A DNA stretch of 64,000 nt from an uncultured Planctomycetia bacterium (GTDB lineage Bacteria; Omnitrophota; Gorgyraeia; Duberdicusellales; 4484-171): contig CAZVQU010000002.1 in the NCBI GenBank assembly GCA_964629655.1, positions 443 to 64,442 of the forward strand. The letters run 5' to 3'. The notes beneath the pieces were generated by a model. That model saw only the letters and a list, made by a program, of their open reading frames with translations, was not told the DNA's origin and ran no database searches. Numbering within the stretch: position 1 is the first letter of the stretch; each line of letters begins with the position of its first letter. Positions 1 through 9,166 of the stretch are shown piece by piece. The translations under genes were made by a program, and so were the position numbers.

Positions 1-94
1 CACACCCGTTCCCATTCCGAATACGGCCGTTAAGCCTTCTTGGGCCGATGGTACTGCAGTCGCAAGGTTGTGGGAGAGTAGGTCAGTGCCCCCT
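1..94 (+). rRNA. rrf: 5S rRNA, 3' part (truncated by window start)
   Basis: Conserved 5S motifs cacacccgttcccattccgaatacg, gccgatggtact and gggagagtaggtc. Confidence 0.93.
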
Positions 95-143
95 TATTTT
101 TTTCTTTTTACATAATTATGTGAAATTTTGCTTGCCTTTTCTT

Positions 144-176
144 AAGCCCCCATTAAAATAATGCGATGGGGGTTTT
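144..176 (+). terminator. Probable intrinsic terminator after the rRNA operon
   Basis: Hairpin aagcccccat...atgggggtttt followed by a T-rich tract. Confidence 0.5.
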
Positions 177-201
177 ATTTTTGCCTTCAAACATAACTAA
201 T

Positions 202-275
202 GGGCCATTAGCTCAGTTTGGCAGAGCAGGGGCCTCTTAAGCCCAAGGTCGAAGGTTCGAGCCCTTCATGGCCCA
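202..275 (+). tRNA. tRNA-Lys(CTT)
   Basis: Cloverleaf gggccat/atggccc, anticodon loop ct-ctt-aa, T-loop ggttcgag. Confidence 0.95.
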
Positions 276-284
276 ATTTTTCAA

Positions 285-707
285 ATGGAAAAATTCGAAT
301 TTATCGAGCATACTGCTGATTTAGGTTTGCGGGTAAAGGGGAAAACATCCGAGGATCTATTTCAAAACTACGCTGCCGTACTTTTCCATACTCTCACTGA
401 CTACCAACCAAAAAAAATAATTAATAGAAAAATTACTTTGCAAGCTCAAAGCCTTGCTGAGCTACTTGTTGATTGGCTTAATGAGTTGCTTTCAATATTT
501 TTTGCCGATGGTTTTCTGCCAAAAGAGTATAGCCTAACGATAAGTGACGATAGGGGTGGAAAAGTCTTGCAGGCTGAGATTGAGGGCGAGGAGTTTGATT
601 TCGAAAATAATCAATTAAAGCGGGAGATCAAGGCTGCTACTTACCATGATTTAAAAGTAGAAGAGAACGACGAAGGATATGTGGCTGAAGTTATCTTTGA
701 TGTATGA
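285..707 (+). CDS. Archease (RtcB cofactor)
   Basis: N-terminal EHTAD, EIKAATYH and C-terminal VIFDV motifs; overlaps rtcB start. Confidence 0.92.
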   Translation: MEKFEFIEHTADLGLRVKGKTSEDLFQNYAAVLFHTLTDYQPKKIINRKITLQAQSLAELLVDWLNELLSIFFADGFLPKEYSLTISDDRGGKVLQAEIEGEEFDFENNQLKREIKAATYHDLKVEENDEGYVAEVIFDV

Positions 708-2158
708 GTTGGTCAGGTAAATTAGAACGAATTAGTGATTACAAATACCGTATCCCTAAGAGCTATAAGCCGGGGATGCTGGTTGATGGAATTATCTATA
801 GTAACCAGAAACTCCTAGCCGGCATAAACAATGATAAAGCCCCTGAGCAGGTAGCTAACGTTGCTTTTTTGCCGGGAATAGTAGGTAACTCTTTGGCTAT
901 GCCTGATATTCACTGGGGTTATGGGTTTTGTATCGGCGGAGTCGCTGCTACTGACCCTGAGAAGGGAGGGGTAATTTCTCCGGGAGGAGTAGGCTATGAT
1001 ATTAATTGCGGGGTAAGGCTTCTGAAGACTAATCTAGATTTAAAAGATGTGAGAAATAAGATACCTAAGATTGTAAATATTCTTTATCAAGATACTCCTG
1101 CCGGTGTAGGTTCAACCGGAGATATACGGGTTTCATACCAGGAAGAGAAGAAAATACTACTTAATGGCGCAAAATGGGCAGTAAGCCGTGGGTTTGGAGT
1201 AAAGCAAGACCTGGAGCATTGTGAGGAGTCAGGAGCTATCGAAGGGGCAGATCCTGATCTTGTTTCAGAACGAGCCTTAAAGCGCGGTAAGCGACAAGCA
1301 GGAACATTAGGTAGCGGCAATCATTTCCTGGAGGTCCAAGTTGTTAGTGATGTTTTTGATAAAGCTGTATCAGAAAGATTGGATTTAAGTATTGGTCAGA
1401 TTGTGATCATGATTCATTCCGGCTCAAGAGGCTTGGGTTTTCAAGTATGCGATGATTCGATAAAAGTAATGCTTAAGTGTTTAGACAAGTACGGAATTAA
1501 CGTACCGGACCGGCAGCTCTCTTGTGCTCCGGTAAATAGTCCGGAAGCAAAGGAGTATATTGGTGCAATGCGCTCAGCGGCAAACTATGCCTGGGCAAAT
1601 CGTCAGGTATTAATGCATTTAACCCGTCTTAGTTTTGAGAAGATATTTTCTAAAAGCTGGCAATCTTTAGGTATGGATTTAATCTATGACGTTGCTCACA
1701 ATATTGCTAAATTTGAAAAGTATGTTGTTGACGGCGAAAGCAAAACTTTGTGTGTACACAGGAAAGGCGCTACTAGAGCCCTAGGTCCGGGCAACTTGCA
1801 GCTACCTCTTAAATATAGAGATATTGGCCAGCCGGTAATTATTCCTGGAGATATGGGCACAGCCTCATATTTATTAGTCGGAACGAAAAAAGCTGAAGCT
1901 GAGTCTTTTGGTAGTACTTGTCATGGTGCCGGAAGAGTAAAATCACGGCACGAAGCAATACGTACGGTAGATTTTGATCGGTTGATGAAGGAACTACAAG
2001 AAAAAGGTATTGAGGTCAGGGCAACCGGTAAAAAGACAATTGTTGAAGAGGCGCCATCAGCATATAAAGATATTGATCAGGTAGTAGAAGTTGTAGAAGG
2101 AGCTGGTCTCTCAAGGAAAGTAGCTCGAATGCGACCGCTATGCGTGGTTAAAGGGTAA
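704..2158 (+). CDS. rtcB: RtcB RNA ligase (archaeal/eukaryotic-like long form)
   Basis: MPDIHWGYGF, GYDINCG, GSGNHF, HRKGAT, HGAGR and EEAPSAYKD motifs. Confidence 0.96.
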   Translation: MSWSGKLERISDYKYRIPKSYKPGMLVDGIIYSNQKLLAGINNDKAPEQVANVAFLPGIVGNSLAMPDIHWGYGFCIGGVAATDPEKGGVISPGGVGYDINCGVRLLKTNLDLKDVRNKIPKIVNILYQDTPAGVGSTGDIRVSYQEEKKILLNGAKWAVSRGFGVKQDLEHCEESGAIEGADPDLVSERALKRGKRQAGTLGSGNHFLEVQVVSDVFDKAVSERLDLSIGQIVIMIHSGSRGLGFQVCDDSIKVMLKCLDKYGINVPDRQLSCAPVNSPEAKEYIGAMRSAANYAWANRQVLMHLTRLSFEKIFSKSWQSLGMDLIYDVAHNIAKFEKYVVDGESKTLCVHRKGATRALGPGNLQLPLKYRDIGQPVIIPGDMGTASYLLVGTKKAEAESFGSTCHGAGRVKSRHEAIRTVDFDRLMKELQEKGIEVRATGKKTIVEEAPSAYKDIDQVVEVVEGAGLSRKVARMRPLCVVKG

Positions 2159-2200
2159 GTTCTAAGTTGTAAGTTTTTAAAATATCTGTATAATAAAAAT

Positions 2201-3493
2201 ATGCTTGATATTAAACTCATAAGAAAAAATCCAGACTTGGTTAAGGAAGCTCTATCGAAGCGTAATTGTTCCTTCGATTTGGAAGGATTTCTGTCACTTG
2301 ACCAAGAGCGTCGAAAAATAATGGCAGTGATAGAGGAGCTCTCAGCTGCCCAAAACAGAATAGACCGTGAGGTTAAAGCACTTCTTAAAGAGAAGAAGGA
2401 TCCGAAACCTAAGATTGAAGAAGCAAAAGGTATTAAGAAAAACTTAGTCGAATTGTCTCGGGAGTTTGATAAGTTAAATGCTAATTTCCTAAAATTTCAA
2501 GACAGAATACCTAATATACCACATTCTTCCCTTCCGATAGGGGGCCCTTCTAAGAATAAAGTTGTCAAAGAATGGGGGAAGATTCGAAAGTTTAAGTTTA
2601 AACCTCGAGATCACATCGCTTTAGCTGAGGAATTAGATATTATTGATTTTAAGCGGGCGGCAAAGGTTACTGGCTCAAACTTCACTCTTTTTAAGGGCTT
2701 AGGTGCTAAGCTAGAGCGGGCCTTGATTAATTTTATGCTCGATGTCCAAAGTAAAAAGAATGGCTATAAAGAGGTTTTACCTCCTAAGATAGTTAATGCT
2801 ATTTCAATGCGGGCTACCGGGCAGCTTCCTAATTTGAAAGAAGATATGTATAGCTTAGATCGAAATACCCCTGAAGGTTCTCCGGGAGATTTTTACCTAA
2901 TACCAACTGCTGAGGTGCCAATTACCAATATCCATCGTGACGAGATAACTGACGAGAAAGATCTACCGATTAAATATACTTCTTACACACCTTGCTTTAG
3001 GAAGGAGGCTGGTTCTTATGGTAAAGATACCCGTGGTTTAGTCAGAGTCCATGAGTTTGATAAGGTAGAGCTGGTCAAGTTCGTTAAGGCTGAGGATTCC
3101 CACAAAGAGCTCGAATCACTTCTCAAAGATGCCTGTCGGATTATTGAATTGTTAAAAATTCCTTATAGAGTCTCATTATTAGCAACTGAGGATATAAGCT
3201 TTGCTGCTGCAAAGTGCTATGACATTGAAATTTATGCACCGGGGATAGATAAATGGCTTGAAGTTTCCAGCTGTTCGAATTTTGAAGACTTTCAAGCCCG
3301 GCGGGGAAATATCCGCTATCGGGATAAGAATGGGGGGAAATTGAAATTCGTTCATACCCTTAATGGCTCAGGGGTAGCTCTACCTCGGTTAGTAGTTGCG
3401 ATTTTAGAAAATTATCAGGAAAAAGACGGGAAAATAACTATTCCCAAAGTGTTAAGGAAATATTTAGATGGACGAAGGCGGATTACGAAATAA
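2201..3493 (+). CDS. serS: Serine--tRNA ligase
   Basis: MLDIKLIR start, LIPTAEVP, CFRKEAG, EVSSCSN, HTLNGSG. Confidence 0.97.
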   Translation: MLDIKLIRKNPDLVKEALSKRNCSFDLEGFLSLDQERRKIMAVIEELSAAQNRIDREVKALLKEKKDPKPKIEEAKGIKKNLVELSREFDKLNANFLKFQDRIPNIPHSSLPIGGPSKNKVVKEWGKIRKFKFKPRDHIALAEELDIIDFKRAAKVTGSNFTLFKGLGAKLERALINFMLDVQSKKNGYKEVLPPKIVNAISMRATGQLPNLKEDMYSLDRNTPEGSPGDFYLIPTAEVPITNIHRDEITDEKDLPIKYTSYTPCFRKEAGSYGKDTRGLVRVHEFDKVELVKFVKAEDSHKELESLLKDACRIIELLKIPYRVSLLATEDISFAAAKCYDIEIYAPGIDKWLEVSSCSNFEDFQARRGNIRYRDKNGGKLKFVHTLNGSGVALPRLVVAILENYQEKDGKITIPKVLRKYLDGRRRITK

Positions 3494-4055
3494 TTATATT
3501 TTTACCCTAGTAAAGCTTGCACTTTTCTTAATTATTCTTTGTTTTTTAGTTTCCCTATCTCAGGAATTCTGGCGTGAGATAAAGACCGCTAACTCTGCCA
3601 GTATTAAAATACTGGTTATTTCAATTCTTTCGGCATTTAGCTTCTATGTTTTTCTAGCCGATCTGAATAGTTTCTACAAAGGTATTCAAAAATTCTTTTT
3701 TCATTCAACATTTTTTGCCTATCTCATACCTTCAGCGTTAGTCTTGGTTGGTCTAGGATACTTTTTTTTACCGAAGATATTTAATGTCAATTTTAGCAGG
3801 ACTATGTTTATTTTCCTCGGCGGCTTTATTATAACCGGACATATGATTTTTGTCGCTCGAGGTAATCAAGGGCATAATTTTCCTACGGCTGTGAATTACC
3901 TATTTATTTTTAGTATTTTATATATTCTAAACCTTCTTCTGTTTTTGGTATACCTGAAAATAGGCCTTCATATCAACATCGGAAAAGTTATTTTCGAGGG
4001 GATGAAAAGCGGAGCAGGCTTAATACAGAGCATCGCCACTCAAGCCTTCAGATAG
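3468..4055 (+). CDS. Hypothetical multi-pass membrane protein
   Basis: 195-aa ORF with several hydrophobic helices. Confidence 0.7.
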   Translation: MDEGGLRNNYIFTLVKLALFLIILCFLVSLSQEFWREIKTANSASIKILVISILSAFSFYVFLADLNSFYKGIQKFFFHSTFFAYLIPSALVLVGLGYFFLPKIFNVNFSRTMFIFLGGFIITGHMIFVARGNQGHNFPTAVNYLFIFSILYILNLLLFLVYLKIGLHINIGKVIFEGMKSGAGLIQSIATQAFR

Positions 4056-4069
4056 TTTGCGAAGATAGT

Positions 4070-5080
4070 ATGAAAAAGGCAATTTTAACAATTACATCTT
4101 TTGTATTCATATTAAGCAGTTGTCTTATAGAAACCTCTGCTTTGGCTTGGGGCCGAGACCCCGAACTGTTACCTTCCCAAAAGGAAGAAATAAGAGAAGT
4201 TCTTGCTCAGATCAGAAGCCATGAGGAAGAAATAGAAAAGGCTAAAAAGGAAATGGATGATCTGTACAATGGTGAAGATGAGGCATTCAACAATAATTCT
4301 TTTGTAATAGAATTACAAAAGGAAGGCGAAGATATTCTAGCTTCTTCCGTAGGTCAACGCTTAGGGAGAAAAATGAAAAGCTGGGATAAGACTGATAAAA
4401 CTAAACCATTACGTGACTTTCTTAATAAAGAGGAGTTTGAAGCCTTTAAAAGAATAACGGAAATAGGCAATAAACTCGAGGATATGCGTGATGATAAGTT
4501 AGAAGGAAGGCGTCTTATTATAGGAAACGCAAGGACTACAATAGGCATTAAAGAAGAAGAGTTAAAAAAACTTGAAGAAAAATACGGCAAAGCTGCTGTT
4601 GATGCACTTAGGGGAGAGGTTGAGGAGAGAGAAAACGAGGTGTATCAAATAGATGCTTACCCTGTTAACGAAAAAGCAGTAGGTGCAAAAGGGCAGGTAA
4701 GTATTTCTCTATATATTGTGCATAATAATGCTCAGGTTTTAATTAATCTCAAAAATCGCAAAGTAACTTCTGATAATGTAATGAATATAGAGCATTTAAC
4801 TGTAAAGAATAATTACCCTCTTTCTGAGTTTAAGAAAACAGAAGATAAAGTTTTTTTCACCATCAATTCAGTAGAGTATGAGCATATTCTATACGTTAAA
4901 CACTCTCTTATTGGCTTGGGCATGGGCAGTAAAAATACTCTTAGGAAAGATTGGGAGAAGAAGCCTTACCATAAGAGCAAAGAGACTCATGATTTAAAAG
5001 GCGTTATCAATTTAAGGGACAGTAGTTTTAATGGTAAATGTGGTAAGTTGATCTTTAAGGGCAGCGTAACCGTTAAATAA
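4070..5080 (+). CDS. Hypothetical exported protein/lipoprotein with coiled-coil
   Basis: Signal peptide with LSSC lipobox-like motif; E/K-rich helical N-half. Confidence 0.7.
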   Translation: MKKAILTITSFVFILSSCLIETSALAWGRDPELLPSQKEEIREVLAQIRSHEEEIEKAKKEMDDLYNGEDEAFNNNSFVIELQKEGEDILASSVGQRLGRKMKSWDKTDKTKPLRDFLNKEEFEAFKRITEIGNKLEDMRDDKLEGRRLIIGNARTTIGIKEEELKKLEEKYGKAAVDALRGEVEERENEVYQIDAYPVNEKAVGAKGQVSISLYIVHNNAQVLINLKNRKVTSDNVMNIEHLTVKNNYPLSEFKKTEDKVFFTINSVEYEHILYVKHSLIGLGMGSKNTLRKDWEKKPYHKSKETHDLKGVINLRDSSFNGKCGKLIFKGSVTVK

Positions 5081-5093
5081 TAAAATAAATATC

Positions 5094-5185
5094 GGAGGGG
5101 TGGCAGAGTCTGGTTTATCGCGGCGGTCTTGAAAACCGTTGTGGGGTTATACCCACCGGGGGTTCGAATCCTCTCCCCTCCGCCA
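5094..5185 (+). tRNA. tRNA-Ser(TGA); integration site, with CCA supplied by the element
   Basis: ggagggg/cccctcc acceptor stem, ct-tga-aa anticodon loop, long variable arm, ggttcgaatc. Confidence 0.95.
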
Positions 5186-6619
5186 TTTCTTTTCGGGGAC
5201 AATTTTGGCAATAGTCGAGTGTGGCTCAGTATAGGAAAATAAAAGCTTTTTGTCCTTCATTTGGAAGTTCGAGCCGCACATTTTCAAAAAATCCCTTTTT
5301 TGAGACAGGTTTCCTTGCCAAGCGACAGAACCGGCCGAATTACAAGAAATAATAAAGTTTTTGGAGAGTTCGAGCCAACCACCGCTTCTTTTTTCAATCT
5401 CGCCAAGATGTTCCTGTAATTCTTTCTTTTCATTAATAAGTTTTGCTTTTTTATGCTGATATTCTTCTTGGGTAATGTCACGCTCAACATATAAGTCAAT
5501 AAGTCTTTCGACTCTCAAACCAATAGCATTTATTTTGTTTTCTGTTTGACGAGATATAGTAGAGGAGGCTTTGCTGTCATTCCTTGCTAATTCTTCTAAA
5601 CGGTTAATCATTTTTTGCTTAACTTCATCATCTATAAAAATTTTGAGAATAGACTTATTTATTTGCTTAAGCAAAGCCTCTTCTCTAAGAAACTTTTGGC
5701 TGCAACGTTTGATTTTCTTGGTACACCGATAATAAATATGACCTTTTTGCTCCTCAGCGGTAATGCTTGCTCCGCACTCACCACACTTCATAAGGCCGAT
5801 AAAAGCAAATTTAGAAGGTTTTCTCTGTTGAGGCCGAGATTTACGTGATAATACCTCTTGAACCTTATCAAAAAGTTTCTTAGAGATAAGCGGTGGGTGG
5901 CATCCTTCATGTAATTCCTTATTAAAGCGCATTACGCCGTAATAAAAAGGGTTCTGTAATATAAGCGCAATTCTGCTTTTATGGACAGGCTTGTTGCGTT
6001 TACCTTTTATATTCCAGCGGACAACCTCAAAGGTGAGCTCTTTGAGTGAAAAGTCACCAGTTGCGTATAGTTCAAACATTTTCTTAACAAATGGGGTAAT
6101 TTCAGGATTAGGCACAACATTGCGCTTATCCTGATCATTCATATAGCCAAATGGCGCCCATCCTGGCCATATACCTCTGCGTAACTTTTCACGAAAACCA
6201 CGCTTGATGTTCTCGGAAAGATTATCAATATAGTATTTGCTTTGTCCAAAAGCAATTGAAAGCATAAACTTACCCTGTGCAGTATTGTCGAAGCGATAAG
6301 TTGGAAAGCGTAAGTCATTGATTACGCCTGTATCGACAAGGTAGATAATCTTTCCGCCATCTAAGGAATTCCTAGCAAGCCTGTCCGGATGCCATGCCAA
6401 AATGCCGTCAGCGTTATTACTTTCTAATTGCTTAAGCATGAAGTCAAAAATAGGCCTTCCAGGAGACTTGGCAGATTTTGCTTCTACAAACTCATCCACA
6501 ATAACTAAACTTTCTTTTTTAGCATACTCACGTAGCTCATTAATTTGCGACTCAATAGATAAAATCTGCCTATCTTCGTCGTCAGTTGACTTTCTGGCAT
6601 AAAGATAATATTTTGGCAT
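5147..6619 (-). CDS. Large serine recombinase (resolvase + recombinase + Zn-ribbon + coiled-coil)
   Basis: YARKS catalytic motif, DRLARN, PFGY, HPPLISKKLFDKVQ, CGECG...YYRC; ORF ends antisense inside tRNA-Ser. Confidence 0.95.
   Translation of the reverse strand: MPKYYLYARKSTDDEDRQILSIESQINELREYAKKESLVIVDEFVEAKSAKSPGRPIFDFMLKQLESNNADGILAWHPDRLARNSLDGGKIIYLVDTGVINDLRFPTYRFDNTAQGKFMLSIAFGQSKYYIDNLSENIKRGFREKLRRGIWPGWAPFGYMNDQDKRNVVPNPEITPFVKKMFELYATGDFSLKELTFEVVRWNIKGKRNKPVHKSRIALILQNPFYYGVMRFNKELHEGCHPPLISKKLFDKVQEVLSRKSRPQQRKPSKFAFIGLMKCGECGASITAEEQKGHIYYRCTKKIKRCSQKFLREEALLKQINKSILKIFIDDEVKQKMINRLEELARNDSKASSTISRQTENKINAIGLRVERLIDLYVERDITQEEYQHKKAKLINEKKELQEHLGEIEKRSGGWLELSKNFIISCNSAGSVAWQGNLSQKRDFLKMCGSNFQMKDKKLLFSYTEPHSTIAKIVPEKKWRRGEDSNPRWV
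5180..5213 (+). repeat. Left-end arm; perfect 34-bp inverted repeat of 6757-6790
   Basis: ccgccatttcttttcggggacaattttggcaata is the reverse complement of 6757-6790. Confidence 0.95.
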
Positions 6620-6756
6620 GGTATACGTCCAAAAACTTTATTTATTGTTCTGTCGCTTGGCAAAGATTATTTTTGAGATCCATAAAAATCTCAGAAAACG
6701 TATTAGCTACACCGAAGGTGGAGCAAAGGAAAACTGTCTAAAAACAGTCGATTTTT

Positions 6757-6965
6757 TATTGCCAAAATTGTCCCCGAAAAGAAATGGCGGTGGTTAGTGG
6801 ACGAAGTCCGAACATTCTTCCAGCCGAGGCCTGAGGTAATCTGATAGAGTATTCGGCTGAGGCTCTCTCTTATCGGCTCACGTGAGCCGATAAGGTATCC
6901 CTGCGTCCTCACCCTCGCAAAAACTATATATTTTTTCCGGCGGCGAATTTTTTTATTTTTTTGTA
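6757..6965 (-). repeat. Internal inverted attP-like junction (right arm + ccg core + left arm)
   Basis: 6757-6790 pairs with 5180-5213 and 6788-6965 pairs with 13180-13357; the two overlap at the ccg core. Confidence 0.92.
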
Positions 6966-7079
6966 TCGAATTTAGTAATTTAATTCTATGTCAATTTGTA
7001 GTATAATATTAAAAAGGTTACATATAATACTCTACATGTAAGATTTTATAGGTTAGTTTGTTTATTGTCAAGGCGAAAT

Positions 7080-7274
7080 ATGTTAGCAAAGAAAATAAGA
7101 GAATTAAGAAATAAAAAAGGATTGTCTCAAGAAAAATTAGCTCGTTTGGCAGAAGTATCCTACAATACTGTTGTTAAAATAGAATCGGGGGAATCAAAGA
7201 ATCCCACAATTCAAACTATGCATGGAATAGCAAAAGCATTAAATATTAGGGTTGATGATTTACTTGAAGAATAA
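7080..7274 (+). CDS. XRE/Cro-C1 family HTH regulator
   Basis: IRELRNKKGLSQEKLARLAEVSYNTVVKIESG...NPTIQT. Confidence 0.92.
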   Translation: MLAKKIRELRNKKGLSQEKLARLAEVSYNTVVKIESGESKNPTIQTMHGIAKALNIRVDDLLEE

Positions 7275-7286
7275 TAAAGGTATTTT

Positions 7287-7895
7287 ATGAGACAGTTTAT
7301 TGCTACTCTATTATTAATTGCGACAATAACAAGTAATGGTTTTGCGCAAGATCAAAAAAGAGACCTGAAAAAAACGGCAGAAATTTTTGCAAAGTCATAT
7401 TTAAATAAGGACTACAAAACATGCATTAAGATGATGGATCCAATTATAGTTGAAGATTTAGGAGGAGAGAGTGTTGTGGTTGCTCAATTTGAGAAATATA
7501 GAAATACGTTAGACGATAATATGAAAATAGAAGACATTAAGATAGGATCTGTTGATAAGCAGGTAGCTCGTATTAAAGGTGAAGAATATGCAATAGTACC
7601 ATATTTAATGATAATGAGTAATGCGGATGGAGAGGAATTGTATTGTGAGGGGTACTATTTGGCAACGAGTCGCGTTAATTTTCCCTTTTGGTTTCTCCAA
7701 AATGGAGGACCTACTGTTGAGCATGCCTTGAAACAATATTCTGAAGATTTATGTAAGGAGTTAAATCCTCCGCAAAGAAAATTATACAATGACGATAAGA
7801 GTTTTTTAATGGTTGAACAAGGTGATGAATGGGTTCCTTCCGAGCAGACATTAGAGGTGATGAGGGGCTTAGTGGAAGATACTGAAGCAGAGTGA
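7287..7895 (+). CDS. Hypothetical secreted protein
   Basis: Signal peptide ending GFA-Q; RBS-like aaaggt upstream. Confidence 0.7.
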   Translation: MRQFIATLLLIATITSNGFAQDQKRDLKKTAEIFAKSYLNKDYKTCIKMMDPIIVEDLGGESVVVAQFEKYRNTLDDNMKIEDIKIGSVDKQVARIKGEEYAIVPYLMIMSNADGEELYCEGYYLATSRVNFPFWFLQNGGPTVEHALKQYSEDLCKELNPPQRKLYNDDKSFLMVEQGDEWVPSEQTLEVMRGLVEDTEAE

Positions 7896-7898
7896 TGT

Positions 7899-8687
7899 AT
7901 GACAGAGATATTACGAGATGAAGACGTAGCTAAAGTTGAAAATGGTTTAATATTGCTAAAAAGTCGTTATGCAAAGCTTGTAGGCAACATATTTAAGATA
8001 GGGGCTCTTTTAAAAAATGTAAAAGCTAAAGAATATTTACTTCATGGCGTTGCGCGAAGACTTGGCATTATAGAGCGCTGTGTCGAGAATATTTATTCCA
8101 TCTTTCCATTACAGCGAGAAAGATTGTTGGATTGGGATGAGCTGAAAGATGTTGATATTAATCTGCATGCTTTTTTTGTGAATATATTTGGCTTATTGGA
8201 TAATATGGCATGGGTGGCTGTATATGAAAGGAATAGACGGAAGGGTATATATAAAAAAGATGTTGGTTTATATAAAATTAAAACCCAAGAAATCTTAAAT
8301 GATGATTTTAAGCAATACTTGAACTCGGATAGGATGAAAAACTGGCATGATGAATATTTAAAAAATTATCGGGATGCGTTGTCGCATAGAATCCCGCTGT
8401 ATGTACCGCCCAAAAGCTTAACCTCTGATCAACAAAAACAAGTAGCCGATATTGAAGAGAAAAGAAACAAAACCATTAAAGACAGAGATTTTTCTTTAAT
8501 GGATGATTTACGAAAAGAAGAGGATAATATAGGAGCCCCCTCACCATTTTTTGTTCATTCACTGGCAGAGACTGGCAATCAAATGGTAATGTTGCACGCT
8601 CAAGTAATTACTGATTTTGGTACAGTAGAAGAAATTGTCGAAAATTTTTGTGCTATGTTTATACCAAATGACGGTAATGGGCCGTAA
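7899..8687 (+). CDS. HEPN-domain protein (Cthe_2314-like), putative RNase
   Basis: All-helical, RxxxxH motif RDALSH(R), LDNMAW segment. Confidence 0.65.
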   Translation: MTEILRDEDVAKVENGLILLKSRYAKLVGNIFKIGALLKNVKAKEYLLHGVARRLGIIERCVENIYSIFPLQRERLLDWDELKDVDINLHAFFVNIFGLLDNMAWVAVYERNRRKGIYKKDVGLYKIKTQEILNDDFKQYLNSDRMKNWHDEYLKNYRDALSHRIPLYVPPKSLTSDQQKQVADIEEKRNKTIKDRDFSLMDDLRKEEDNIGAPSPFFVHSLAETGNQMVMLHAQVITDFGTVEEIVENFCAMFIPNDGNGP

Positions 8688-8743
8688 TTAAGAAATACAA
8701 AAGGCAAAAGTAAATATAAAAAGTAAGCAAAAACAAAATAAAA

Positions 8744-9166
8744 ATGGCGACTTATATAACGATATTTTTGTTTGAACTTATCTTAGTGTACATTTCATGG
8801 TTTGTTTTAAAAAGGATATTAAGAAAAACCAAACTCGACATACTTTTGGTTATATGCCTTGTAATATCATTTGTTGGAGGATATATCGCAGCATATAGAA
8901 TTATTGGATACGAAGTCGCCATGGATCATTTAACAAGAATAAATAATCAGAAGATAGAATTAACTGGGGAAGGCATTACTTTAGAGGAAGAAAACGAATA
9001 CAAAAAAGTTTTGGTTAAAAGCAAAGAACTCGAACCTTATCTCGTTAAAAATGCATTCTGGATCTCACTACCCCCTTTTATCATAGTTGTACTCATTGTG
9101 TTATCTCCTGTTGGAAATGCTATAAAGAAAATAAAACCAAATGAAAAAGAAACAAAAGACAACTAA
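8744..9166 (+). CDS. Hypothetical membrane protein
   Basis: Three hydrophobic segments. Confidence 0.65.
   Translation: MATYITIFLFELILVYISWFVLKRILRKTKLDILLVICLVISFVGGYIAAYRIIGYEVAMDHLTRINNQKIELTGEGITLEEENEYKKVLVKSKELEPYLVKNAFWISLPPFIIVVLIVLSPVGNAIKKIKPNEKETKDN

Noticed and set aside
4987-5211. 74-aa antisense ORF over tRNA-Ser, and similar short shadow ORFs such as 27846-28154
   Set aside because: Antisense to tRNAs or established genes, with no coding signals.
6703-6912. 69-aa minus-strand ORF, and its counterpart 13131-13469 (+), sharing identical peptide
   Set aside because: Both are read-throughs of the 178-bp non-coding inverted repeat, with no RBS or protein-like features.
6757-6965. 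Explanation of the internal repeat as a simple MDA or assembly chimera
   Set aside because: Disfavoured but not excluded: it joins the two distant ends exactly at the core and continues as interrupted, imperfect blocks with hairpins. Long reads are needed to settle it.
7047-7059. Short match tataggttagttt to the reverse complement of ~13115-13127, possibly extending the right-arm pairing
   Set aside because: Short and AT-rich; could be chance.
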